Source: Ruditapes philippinarum (Eukaryota). Taken from it: 64,000 bases of DNA. Below the pieces are notes generated by a model that saw only the letters and a list, made by a program, of their open reading frames with translations, was not told the origin of the DNA and made no database searches. A program made the translations under genes and the position numbers. Where the stretch lies: positions 310,001 through 374,000 of the forward strand of contig NW_026856458.1 in NCBI RefSeq assembly GCF_026571515.1, written 5' to 3'. Of this stretch, positions 49,501 to 62,183 are shown one piece after another (position 1 is the first letter of the stretch; each line of letters begins with the position of its first letter).

Positions 49501-52500
49501 AAAAGAGTTTGTAAAGTAAAATATAAAATAATTTCTGGATCATAATGGGCCTTTTGTTGTTGACTTTCTGACCAATGTTTTCATTTCAGCTTGATAATAA
49601 TTATGTCCTCTTTAGAAACGCACTTTATCGGACTTCATGCTTTTAGAAATTTTTGAAATAGTTTTTCTTATATTATATTTTGGAGTGTGCTTTGTTATCT
49701 AAAATCGTTAATACTATTAAATTTCAGGCGAAGATGCATCATCGTTGAAAGGAAAACAGTCATTAGAAATGGTAAAATATGTCTTAATTTCAGCATGTAT
49801 TTGTTTTAACACAGTGTCATCTTTACAATATAAACTTTATAAAATACAAATAATTCTTCCTAGATTATACATGTTCTAAACGCTGAGGAAATAATATGTT
49901 CTAAGAATAAAGATTGCCTTAATACCGTGCATATTGTGTTATTATTGCCTAGATTATGCACTCTTTGTCCATGTTCCTCTCTGTTTTCACTATTATATAA
50001 ATGGTACAAATTTGAATGGTTGAAGGACTTTTAATCTCCCACGTATCGAACGATTCATCGGAATATTATTTAGGTCTGTCTGTCCGTCCGTCTGTCTGAC
50101 TGCCTGTCAGTCAGTCTGTCTTTTTGACATTACGCCTGGTACTTTACAGATGGTAAAGAAACTTATTCCTTTTTTTCAGAAACTAAAATTAAGAAGAAAA
50201 GATACACCTGTACATGGCCTACATTTTTCAAGACTTAGCCCTCATTGTAAGTTGAAAATAGTATAATTTAGTATAATTATAATAATGTATTATATGTAAC
50301 AGGTATAGTATAGCGATGAAAATGTTATGTGGGGCGACATCGAGCGTTTTTCTCTACAAGATAATCATCGAGGGCGTAAGACCGAGAACATGTTATGTAG
50401 CGAAAACCGGGATGCAAAATCAAAATTTTCCACATACAATAACTTTTAACTTTGAAACGGGTTATAACTGAACGGACAATTTAACCTAAAAATAAACTAT
50501 ATATACATAATGTAGAGTTCCTTCCCCTTACACTCCTTTCCGTAATAAATGAAGACAAGGAACCAGACTGGACTTCACGATGCTTAAATTATGATGCAAT
50601 AACTAGTCCGATTGGACAGGAGGGGAGCACTATATAACTAAAGAAAATGACAAAAATAATTAAAACAATAAAGAATGACATTTCTATTACAGTTGGGATT
50701 AAATGTATGACGAGGAATAAAATATTTGCAACTATGTTACTAAACTAGGCATCGTTTGTTCAATGATCACAAATATATTGTCTTTCTTTGTCGCACGAAG
50801 GAATGTGTATTAACCCTTTTTATAATTGATCAAAGACTCGGACAAATGATTATTGCTTTGGTGTACTTTTATTATTTTGTTATTGTTGTTTTTCTTTTTA
50901 CAACTCACCAACGGAAAGGGGCAAGTGATTGTAATCAACCACTTGTCCAAAGACGCCTTAAAACAATACCAAGTTTTACTTCCATAGAAAGATAAATAAA
51001 CATATATAATACATTTAAAATATATATATAATTGACGTTAATGATTTCATACTTTTATGTACTCTTCTATCTATGTTTGCAGCCCTAGATTTTAAAGACA
51101 ATATACTTCAAGAGGAATGTGAGTCCTTTACGGCACCTGGTATGAAACACATCTTTTAACAAACCTGAATTAAGTAATTGTAATAACGAAAACAATACAC
51201 ATTTAAATGGTAATATTTAACAATTAAAGACAAATAAAGACAATATAAGGCTTTATTATTTAAAAAAAAAGTATTTTGCGAGATAAATATTTTATAAATT
51301 CAGAATATACGGTATGCTTGAATTCGTTTCATCTTACAGGGCTTGATGTTACAACATCCGATCACGGGGAAACGTTTCCAATACGACCTGTCTCTGCACT
51401 TGGTGAATACACATTACATACACCCGATGCATGCCAGCTTACTGCTCAATTAGCACCTAGTTTATCCAAATCCACTAGTGATCTTAGAGGTACTACTTTC
51501 ATCTCAAAGACTAATATTATAAATTAATACTTCAATGACAGTTTACCTTCGTGCTTACAAGCATGTACATATGCAGCACAATTTTCTTTTTGTTTGCATC
51601 GATATGAAATTTGCTATAAAAGAAAACCAGTTATTTGAAACTTTAAATGAAGTTTAAAGCAGATACAAATTAAGAACCACGACGCATTCGTTTAAATGTT
51701 TTGCAAAGAGGACAACTTGACATGGGGACAATAAATGAAATAAATAGAATTTTAAATGAATGAAAAAGAAATAGACATCAATACCAGTCGTTTGATGAAA
51801 TAAAATATTACAGATCTGTCAAAATTGAAAAGAAAATTAGTGCAAAGTTGAGGAGTGGCAAAAGATTGCTTGAGACCTTTAACAAAATGAAAAGAAATAA
51901 TCAAAAGGCATTTGTTTCTTATTGCAGGAAATGAATATCCTTGCAAAGAGACTTCACGGTCACATTCCTTCGACGGGGAAGAAAAGAAAACCCGCAAAAA
52001 GAAACGCAGCATAATAAGCAAACTTGGGGCTGTATCACCAAAAGGTATGAAAGCAGTATCAGTTCGGACATATGATTCATATCTGAACATGATAGAACTT
52101 ATATGATAATTTGCGAATTAAATTTGTTCCTGTGTACGAATTATTCCAGGCACAAGCCTAATCTGAGCGTTCACACTTTGTGATCATTTATATTAAAACA
52201 TACAAAAAACAATCACAAGATTTATTTATCATAGGATGCTCGGGATATTTTATGTCAATATATGTTTTAGCATTTTAAATGAAAATAATCGCCAACGATG
52301 ATTGATCTCAAGGCTGTTCGTTCATAAATATGTCGTCATTTAAAGATTTAAAAGATCAAGTCCGGGGAAATTTAAATGGATAATCTCAATTATCATCCTT
52401 GCAATAAGTAAAAATACCTTATGTACAACTAAGGCGGTATTTAATTACAGCTGAATCAGAGGATAATAAAGAGCTGAATGATATGGATAGTGACAAAGGA

Positions 52501-53220
52501 GCCGAAGCTGATGATGAGGCTGATGTTAGCCTTGCAGAAAATGTATGTTTGCCAAAAGATATTTCGTTCCAGAACGACGCATGTAATGAAACAGAGAGTG
52601 AAAAGCCCAAAATATCGACATCGGAAGACATTGAAAAGTCAGACATATCTGGCGTTTCTCATGAATACCATACAGATCAAGCCGGAATCGATATAAATGT
52701 CAATGTAGATACATCAGATGTGCCTTGTGTAACAAAAGATGATGTCGAGTCACTTTCAAGTGAGATTGTCAACTCTCAGATGTCCACGGCACCAGACGTA
52801 AGTAAAGATCAATGTTTCCAGGAAAATGAGCGGACAACTGAGGTAGATTCTGAGATATCAGGGAATATGGCAAAGGATCTAAGTGAGGGAAAAGATGGAA
52901 AACAAGATGAAAACGCAAGGGACAAAATTGTGAAAAATGAAAAAGAAACAAATGCCGAAAAGAAAACAAATCAAGATGAATTTGGAGTGGCAGAAACAAG
53001 ACCAAGATCGAGGACTTTGTCCAAAAGGAACATTTATGACGACAAAAGTATGAGACAAAGATATGGCCGGCCATCAAAATCTGTTAGCATTTCATCTCGA
53101 AATTCTATCCGCGGCAACAAAAAGAAATTTCCAACTTTTCCGACCCAACCTCTTGACAAAGCAACAGCAAATACAGTGGAGCCCCCAATCACACCAAAAG
53201 AGGCGTTTAGTGATTCATAA
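43538..53220 (+). CDS. Uncharacterised multi-exon protein (~650 aa): MGAGCSK N-terminus, Cys/Trp-containing N-terminal region, long acidic/Ser-rich disordered tail
   Basis: AG/GT-bounded exons 43538-43559, [one phase 1->0 exon unresolved near 43927-44030], 44555-44604, 45112-45182, 46158-46361, 46946-47064, 47526-47603, 47944-47989, 48688-48843, 49728-49771, 50180-50246, 51083-51139, 51340-51489, 51928-52044, 52451-53220 (TAA). Thirteen consecutive exons from 44555 join in phase without stops. Confidence 0.8.
44100..44468. mobile_element. Kolobok-type MITE (family C), intronic
   Basis: ttaa|agatcatgtta ... atacaggatct|ttaa; homologous to 7334-7620; its end matches ~10118-10150 in inverted orientation. 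Confidence 0.7.
47619..47682. repeat. (ATT/ATC)n microsatellite, intronic
   Basis: Direct reading. Confidence 0.85.
48322..48666. mobile_element. Kolobok-type MITE (family A), intronic
   Basis: aggcccgctatgcgccagaaat ... ttctgaagcataatatacct|ttaa; ends 21 bp before the 48688 exon. Confidence 0.55.
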
Positions 53221-53481
53221 CAATATAAAGTTGCTGTGACAAGGTAATGGTGGTAAATGGTCATTGACAGTAAAAAGTGACTTGTTACATGGATTTGAAC
53301 AGAAATGCATTTTTTCATATTTGTATACAATTAACATTTAGGTATTTCTGTAACATTTTATATCGTGCTGTATTCGTTTGTTGAGAGTATTTTTATGACT
53401 TGCGTAATTTTATTTTCAATATCACTTTATTACTTTTGGTGTTCTAACTAGATTATTCTTTATTTTCTTTTATTATTATTC

Positions 53482-53487
53482 AATAAA
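53482..53487 (+). terminator. Candidate polyadenylation signal of the 43538-53220 gene
   Basis: First AATAAA I see after the stop codon (~260 bp 3' UTR). Confidence 0.45.
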
Positions 53488-56400
53488 ATAGAAAATATGT
53501 GCTAAGTAGACTCGTTGACTTTCAAACGGTGTATACTATAGAAGGATTACAGCTACATCCATTAAGTTTTAATTGCTAGAACATGCCTAACGTTTCACTC
53601 TTTAATAGGCATGAGTGATATTTCAGTGTAGAGTATCTCAGAGCTGTTTATTTCCGTTATCTACATCCCTGTAGTATATTAACCAGTGAGGAAAGTGCTC
53701 TTAATAAGTAAAGAATGTTTAGCCTATATGTCAGTATTTCTATAAAAAAATTATATACAAAAATGACGAGTTAGGACTATCGATTTCCTGAGTTCACTGA
53801 ACTACTTTTTGTTATTTTAAGCATTCTCGGAACACGTTTTTTTCTTAAAATACAGTGATAAATAATCTTGGCTTGAACTTTTCAATGATTCATATACAGC
53901 TTTGTGTAAAACAAAGGCACTGTATGTGGTATTAACGCTCGTCGGTTATTACCATTTTTTTATAAATATTATTATCCAAAAAGGGGGCATAACTTCTGAA
54001 AACGTGCTTTCAGCAGTTTCAGATAGTGCATATTGTCTTACACTTACAGTACAGCTTATCATGATAATTAAGTACTTCAAGTGTCGTGTTGATACATTTA
54101 AAATTGTTTGAGAAATAAACTGCATAAAAGTTTTGGCACGAAGAAGACAATGACACACGAGACAAAAAATCTAGATTTTTTTCGAAGAATGAGACGTACT
54201 AAAAGAATAAAACCTAGATTTCTAATCGGCAAAGGAGAATGAACTGACATTTTGTAACATGCATTAAAGTACTATTCCTTCATGTAGTATATTCTGTTCT
54301 CTTTTTTCATCTTTTTTTTTTCAATTTTTGGTGATTGAAGTACAAGCATGTGTGTACTTGTATATTAGGCTATGTTCATATCTCGTACAAGCGCAATTCC
54401 TTTTTTAAGTAAAAACCTCTGATCATGCAGTTAACAAGACAAGTACATGAAAAAAAAAAATCAAAATGTCTAGGAGCGTCCTTATATAAGACATTTAATA
54501 GTATAGCTGGCCCGGATACTTTACCTACTTGCTAATTAACCCTCTAAACAAAAAAGGTCCCCCGCTTTGTTTGTTTCTTTTCCTGTATCAGTTTATATAT
54601 TATATTGATATCACTTATATAACGTACACTCATAACTGCTAATTAATATACCTCTTGGACACACAATCCCCGCCAAGTGTTTTGGCCTCCAGGACAAGTT
54701 ACCATGGAATCGCTCTTATATAAGTAACACGTTTGTCCCCCCAAGGATGGCCAATCGTGTGAGGTCGTTAGCACTTGGGAAATCAATCATTTTACGGAGT
54801 GCATATTCCTTGTATGCCGTATTCGTTCCTAGAATTCTACAAAAATAAAAACATAATACATGTATCTAAGTCACTCGAACAGTAGGATTCTATATTTGTT
54901 ACATTTGTTTCCAAAAAGAACAAATCTTTATTTTAGCCAGGAAATAAAACCATCTACAGGAATTAATGCCACTTTATTCTACATTATATGTCAGTCAGTT
55001 TTCGATAATTACCAGATTTAATAATATCAATGTTTTGTTGAATGTACTTAAAGCTACACAAGCTGTATATAACATGATAAAATCATCTTTATTATCGTTT
55101 TTATATTCTAAAAATAAAAAAGCTTCAAATTTAACAGTCAAGATTTAAAATGATGATATAAGTGTATATCATATGAAAGATAGAAACAAATAAAAAATGT
55201 TATAATAATTGCAAAGGCTCTCATAAGGCAAAAGCATTTTAACATTTGAAATCAATTATTAGTAAAATGCAATTAAACTTTGTATATCCACTTGGGTCAT
55301 TACATTGAGCTATACGTACGACCTCGTTAAGCCTATCAACAACCTTAAAAAAGTCTCATTTGATTTTCATATATGTCAATGACTTTTGTTTCGTTTACAT
55401 TTTATTTTCTATATTTACTCTGTTTTACAACATATACTTATAAATTGATAGCACTCCTGAAAAGAACTCCGCTGAGGCCCAAAGACTTTAAAACATAAAA
55501 TTTGAAAATCTTAAAAAATATCAGATGAATCACTTAGAAAGGAAAAAAATCATTCTGAAAAAGGACAAGAAAGAAATATACTCAGAATTAAATGGAATAT
55601 CGCTTTTAAAGCCAATCTTAGCCTTATTTTAGTAAAAAGCGTTGCAACGGTTTTCATTTTGGATCATTTTTCACAATAAAACTGATTATTCTGGGGGGAA
55701 AATAGAGTTGACGGAATGATGCACACAATTAATTGGTCTAGACCATCACATCAATTAGTTTGCAAATTTAAAAAGGAAAGTCAACTCACGTCATGTCAAA
55801 AAAAAACACTCCATGTTGCATGTACGTCAAAAAAGGCTCAGTGGAGTCCCTTAATCAGTATGACCAGTTATACTTGAACATGTACATAGCTTATGCTATT
55901 GACCGTCTAAACACCTCACTAAACGCTATATACGTGTTGCATGATCGTTCACGTTGAAACAAATTTATATGTTCATAGTTTTCTTTTGTTCCTAATGAAT
56001 GTTAAAATAGTCCTCTGTGGACTTAAATACTTGTTATATGGTCACTCGTTTTGAAAAAAAAAATCATGTTTAAACATCCCTTCTGTAAGCTATATCTTCA
56101 AAATAGATTGCACATATTCATTGTATTTACTAATGATGTTCGTTTGCAATGTACTAACTCAATGTAAAAATCTTTCTGAATGATAATATATTTAAATAGG
56201 ACTCTTCGCATATTTCGTCGTTAATAATATAAATTTGTTCAAGCATAGTAAAAAAATACATCTTATATAAAATTCTTTGGTACACAGATGCATGTGTATT
56301 CAAAACAGGATACCCAAGGTGTATGTATATACTTCATATTGTATTTGCTATAATTTGAACAGAGAAATTCGTTTGTCTCTTGCTTGCGGATTCTGGCCCT

Positions 56401-56699
56401 AGTATTATTTTTTTATTGTTTCCATATGGAATTTTGCATGCTCTAAAGAAGCAGGTGCATTGAGAACCATGGATTTGATCAAGGTTTTAAGGTAGCCATC
56501 AAAAGTCACTTTTTAAGTAGCATCTAAGTGTCTTTCTTAAAATTTCTTGCAAGAAAATTTTATGTTTTCATTATTTTATTGAATTATTTTTCGGCTCAGG
56601 TTTACTGTTTCATTTTTTGATATTTGTTTTAAATTTTTTATTAAGACTTTAAAATCTTTATCTTTTTTTGAATAGTGTAATCTATGGCATGTTCTTTCC

Positions 56700-57115
56700 T
56701 TACATACTCATAACAACTGTGACATTTTTTTAAGTAATCCTTTCTTACTATGCACATACTTATTTCTTAATGTGATAATGACTTTTTATTTACAATACCT
56801 TACATCTTAAATTGTGATGATTTTAAATGATATCCTTCATCAATGTGATTTATCTTATAATTTGTGATATTTTTTTTTCTTTTATGAAATACCTCTCTAT
56901 GTCATGCCACCAAATGCTAAGGACCACAATGGAAATAAGAGCTTGCTCTTTTTTGTGTTATCCTTGGTTTTGGGAACATGTAATGGTTTACATAATATAG
57001 TATTTATTCATTTATTTATTTATTTATTTATTTGTAATTGTTTAAATCTATATTGTGTTTGTTTATCATGTAACATGTTTACCTTTATGCCGAAATAAAT
57101 CTATCTATCTATCTA
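56700..57115 (+). mobile_element. 3' end of a LINE-type element with (TCTA)n tail
   Basis: ggaccacaatggaaataag...tttttgtgttatcc stem-like motif, then gaaataaatctatctatctatcta. Confidence 0.45.
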
Positions 57116-59660
57116 AGGCGAACGTAACCCGATATTTAGGTGTAATAATTGTAAATTGTAGATTTCATCTTTTTCGTACATTATGACTGTTGAATCACTT
57201 GGCAGGTCAACTCGAACGCGCTTATGACAAATGTAAATTGTTGAATAAATAATATATGTTAAATATCGGATGAGATGTACTTACATAAAACATTATTGGA
57301 TAATATACCCTGTACGTGCGGCATTTAAAGATACTGCTTAAAATAGCTCTAAACTTCGTTTATTTTATATATAGGTCAAAGAACAAGTTTATGTGGCAGA
57401 ATGTAATTTACATATCCTAAAAAAATGCGTTAAATGTGATAATGAAAAATAGAGAGCAAGAGAATATGACTTTACCGTTTTATTAAGTTTTCTCTGTGTG
57501 TTTTGTTGCATGCCTATAAACGTGATAGTGATATTAAATAAAAGAAGTTTAAACCAAGGTGTACCCATCCCCTAGCTGTTACTGGTAGTTGTTAAGTAAA
57601 ATTTAAATTCGCAATAGCTTCTTTGTATAATACAATCTAAAGTTAAACATTCATTTATTTATTTAAGTCTCATTCATGTACCTACACAAATAAAATTCAT
57701 AAGCAAACATAAAACACAGAAAAGTACATGACCATTCAATCATTGAATTTTAAGAGAATAGTAAAACATTTGTAATAACACTATAAAATATCATACTAAT
57801 CATAAAATTATATCCTACTATAAAAATAACTACCTACACAGTACAAATACTCTAAATTAATGGAAAGAAATATACATTGGCATATTTATATGATTAAAGA
57901 AACAGTCGCTATTTTTTATCATTTCAAAATAAGAAAAAAATAAAAATAAATAAAAAACAAACATAAAAAAAGAAAACCAAACAATACTATACAAATAAAG
58001 GACAATTGGAAAAACAACCTGATTTCCCTTAAATTAGCATCTAAGATTAAAGATATATAAAAATACAGTAGCATGTTTTATATAAAATATATCATTTACA
58101 TAAGTAAGATTGGCGACGCTGAAGAATATTAAAACATGTGAAATATAAAAATATGTCTTGTTCACAACACACTATTTAACTATTGATAATGGAAAGATTA
58201 GCGTAAATTAAAATCAATGTAATAGCAATTACAATTAGAAAACACTAATTATTGACAAATGCTGATACGAATACAATGTTTTAAATCATGTTTCAACCTC
58301 CTTCATAACGTTGTACATAGAGTAGAGCTTACCCTTGAGGACGTAACATTTTTAATTATTTTTTTATTCATGTGTATCAAAATGAACAATATGAGATTAT
58401 AAGATTGCAAAACTGAAACATTAATGTTGCAATTTTATATATATTTCCGTTTTCATTCCTTTTAGTTTTACGGCGTAGGGTTTGCGTACAAGAGACTCGC
58501 GTACAAAACTTTGAATCCGAATTCAGGAAGGAGAAAAGTGACAATGATTATATTTTGTTCGATAGAACAATTTATTTTCTATTATTAATATATGTTATGT
58601 CGGAATTAGTATCTCAAAGTTGCCAACAGTTTTCATATAAAATGCTTTCGTAGTTAATTGTTAAGTCTGATAGTAAATATGAAATCAATATAATTATTTA
58701 TTCTGTTACAGACCTTAAATTATAGACCAACTCACATTAAGGATTAAATAGATAACAAAATAACCATAACGACAGAAGAGATCTTGCTAACTGGTTGTCA
58801 AACAGCGTCGTTTTCCGTGTAATATTATTCATAGATCCAACTAGCCAATTTTGTTATGATATTGTCTATTTAGATCGTTTTAGTTTTACGGTGATGAACA
58901 TGTGCATCAAAAGACCCGGGTACAAAAAGACACAGAACATGAATATACGATCAAAAAAACCTCACTAATTGCAAAGCGTCACATACTGTCTACAATATTT
59001 GTTCTTGTATTACCCTGTGTATGACATAACTTAACAACACTTCTAGCTCTGATATTTTATATTTAGTCAACAATTTAACAATTCATCCCCTTGTTCTTAA
59101 CGAAAAAGAAAGTATGATGCAGCTGTCATGACAAACAAGGAGAAGAACCAAATTGCTCAGAACGTCTCACTAAATTCTCATAATCATCTCGGAAAACACG
59201 TATTTCTATCATATGACATTTCATGTTACCAAATCAGCAAATAATAACAGATTTATTAAATAAAATTTCGAATGAAAAAAATGAAAAAAAGAAGATGTTA
59301 TGTTCGAAGATCTGAAACGTTTTAAAAAGCTACTAACAATTAGAATAAAACTTGAATCACCATTAAGGTACATGGTATGCATTCTTTTTGGTTCTGAAAA
59401 ATATAACAATCAGTGGGTAAAAAAATACACATTTTACTGTAAATGAGTTTACAACCTAATATTCCATATGATTGTACACTATAACACAATGTAAAACAAT
59501 TTCAAATAGTTCAAAACAATTATTCTCTTACATGTTTACATTTTATCATCACTATGATCACCTGAAATATACAGTGTATTTTGTCGGTACGTTTGATCTT
59601 TTTATCTTCAGTATGACTGTGTGCGACCCTAATATGGCATAATACAGGGTGTATCGTGAT

Positions 59661-59885
59661 TTGTATTGTTTTGTTTCACATCGACACAGTATAGGTCAAA
59701 TCGCGACGTTCCAGCTTTACTGGTGGATCCAGACCTCAGGTGCCCTTCCGTGCATTATTTCAGGCACGAACGAGCACCTTAGTAGAACCACCGACGTTCC
59801 GTAAGCTAGCTGGATAGCTTCCTCACATGAAAAATCCAAAGTCCCTGTCGGGATTCGAACCCACAGCGGTGAGGGGCAAGTGGTT
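59661..59885 (-). mobile_element. tRNA-headed V-domain-type SINE (RUDI-like), best-preserved copy
   Basis: Minus-strand B box GGTTCGAATCC (59851-59861), body catgtgaggaagctatccagctagcttacggaacgtcggtggttctact...gtaaagctggaacgtcgc, A-rich tail. Family name is from recollection. Confidence 0.75.
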
Positions 59886-60479
59886 GTGTATCGTGATTGA
59901 GATCAAGAACGAAAATTGGGCGGGAACCACCAGGTTTATTAAAAAGAGTGATTATATGCGAATTCGACAAAAAAAAATTAATTTGAGCAATATAATGCGA
60001 AAACATGTTTCTAGAAGGTGCTTGTACCTTCATTATCTGCCAAAATGATATTTTATAGATATTCAAGGAAGGGGAGGATGGGTTAAATTATGCATGCAGA
60101 AGACTATAGACTATTCTCTTCAAGTCAATACATATATTCGTACATACTACTAGACATGAAAAACATTAAAAGACAAAACAGTTAACATTTATTCAGGGGG
60201 GTAACGCTCTCTTAAACTTACATCCAAGTTCTAAAATTTCAAATGGACGCCGTAGTAAATAAAAGCTATATATGCCAAGTAAAATTGTATGCATATTAAC
60301 CTTTCGAAATAAGAAACAAAAACACCAATACATAGTCATGAGATGAAAAAGTACAAAAGCACATTTGAAATTCCCTTGCATTAATCTTTAAAATAATCGC
60401 ACACATACACGTCAAGTGCTGTGTTAACACAGTATAAATTGAAAGATAAAAGACCCTTATTGGTATACAATAAATGCAA

Positions 60480-60587
60480 AAAAGAGTAAAAAAAAATCCA
60501 AAACCACAAAATTTAAAGTGTTGCAGGCGCTGTTTGATTGAGCCTGTTGTCAAGTGCAAATTACCGACCACGCCCCCTAGCAAGCCG
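60480..60587 (+). repeat. Highly diverged fragment of the 628-bp unit
   Basis: gttgcaggc...tttgattgagcctgtt..caagtgcaaattaccgaccacgccccctagca. Confidence 0.7.
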
Positions 60588-60735
60588 CCATATAGACACA
60601 ATCACTATACAAAAGTTCCTCGATCGTGAGATAAAATGAAGATAGCAACTTCGGCTTCGGGTTAATGACGATATCGGTCTAGTCTGCTTTTAGTCGTTAT
60701 TAATTTTACCCCTCAATTAAGAAATCTCACATACA

Positions 60736-60880
60736 TGAGCTGCGTCACGATAAAACCAACATAGTGGGTTTGCGACCAGCATGGATCCAGACCAGCCTGC
60801 GCATCCGCGCAGTCTGATCAGGATCCATGCTGTTCGCTATCAGTTTCTCTACTTATTATAGGGTTTGTAAGCGGACAGCA
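60736..60880. mobile_element. Left half of a common TIR MITE (right-half fragment at 36911-36968)
   Basis: tgagctgcgtcacgataaaaccaacatagtgggtttgcgaccagcatggatccagaccagcctgcgcatc; the reverse-complement motif gatgcgcaggctggtccggatccatgctggttgcaaa occurs at 36912. Confidence 0.7.
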
Positions 60881-62016
60881 AACACCTTTACGAGTATAAT
60901 AACTGCAAATCGGCAGCAATTAGTGTAGCTGCTTTTTCATGAAGAGACCAGTGCAGATAGTAATAATTGTGATTGGCATATTTTGATTAAGCGAGTTGAT
61001 AACACTGTATTATGTTATGCTTTTCAGTGGATTACTGATTTAACCGTTAAATTTATATTTGATAATTTCACAGTGAAAATTATCAAAATATAATTTCACA
61101 CTTTTCAATGACGAAACTACTTTTTTAAGATTTTCCCCATGTAGTACCTCAATATTATTTTTGGTGACTATTCCGACCATGTCAAGCTGTTTAAAGAAAA
61201 GCAAACCTGAAATTGATAAATAACTTATATGTAAAAAGTAATAAAAAGAAGAAAACTTACAGTAACTTACTTCTATTCATTCAAATTACCAATCACCAAA
61301 ACATCGTCTCTTTATTAATTTTTTTGTTTCATTTTTACAGTCTGAAAAATACATTCCTCCACATGCAAAACTGCTCTTGATGACATTTGGGGAATATTTA
61401 AGTATCATACGAGCAAAAACATTGCCGTATGCTTTATGAAAACCTTAAAAAAGCATGGCAGCTTTCAGTCGAAAAAATATGTAAAACAACCCAGCGTTCG
61501 TAAGGCTTCCAAAGTTTTCCAATTTCCTATCCACTTTTTTGAATGTTTACACATCTGTCTAACAACTTATTTTATTGTCTGTTACAATCCTCAAAATAAG
61601 TTTTCTTTTTTTAAAAGGTGTATGACTAACAAATCCAAATGATATCCCTCTGAATCAAACACAATTATTTTCATCCAGTGAAATACACAACTTAAAAATG
61701 GCGGGCCGCTTACATTTAACATAGCCAGGACTTAATATAAATTCGCAGTCAGTAACAGAAAATATGGATGGATGGTTGGACTTTTTCTCTTACTAGAATT
61801 GTTTGTTTTTATTATTTAAACAAGCGATAAGACATATTTTTTTAAAAAGATGAATACCTATCACCACCATTTAACGTTGATTGTGGAACTTATTTTTCAG
61901 CCCTTGACTTCTTGTATTTAATGAGAAATTCGACTTTTTTGAGGCTCTAAATGGGGAAAACAGATTTTAATATTAACGTAAATTTCGTTTAAACTTGTTT
62001 TTAAGCATAAAATAAA

Positions 62017-62183
62017 AAGAAAATTTGTTTCTTTGTTGTGTAAGATGTAATTTTATTTCATCTCTTGAACTTTAAAAACAGTATTCTCACGAGTGGCGTA
62101 GCCACTCGTGAGAATACTGTTTTTAAAGCCCACTCGATGAAATAAAATTTCATCTTACACGCAAACAAACAAATATCCTCTAT
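62017..62183. mobile_element. Near-perfect palindromic MITE
   Basis: gtgtaagatg..tttatttcatc..ctttaaaaacagtattctcacgagtggc-gta-gccactcgtgagaatactgtttttaaag..gatgaaataaa..catcttacac. Confidence 0.85.

Noticed and set aside
61240-61720. Isolated splice-like signals and an AAAATGGCGG motif
   Set aside because: No phase-consistent exon chain could be built.
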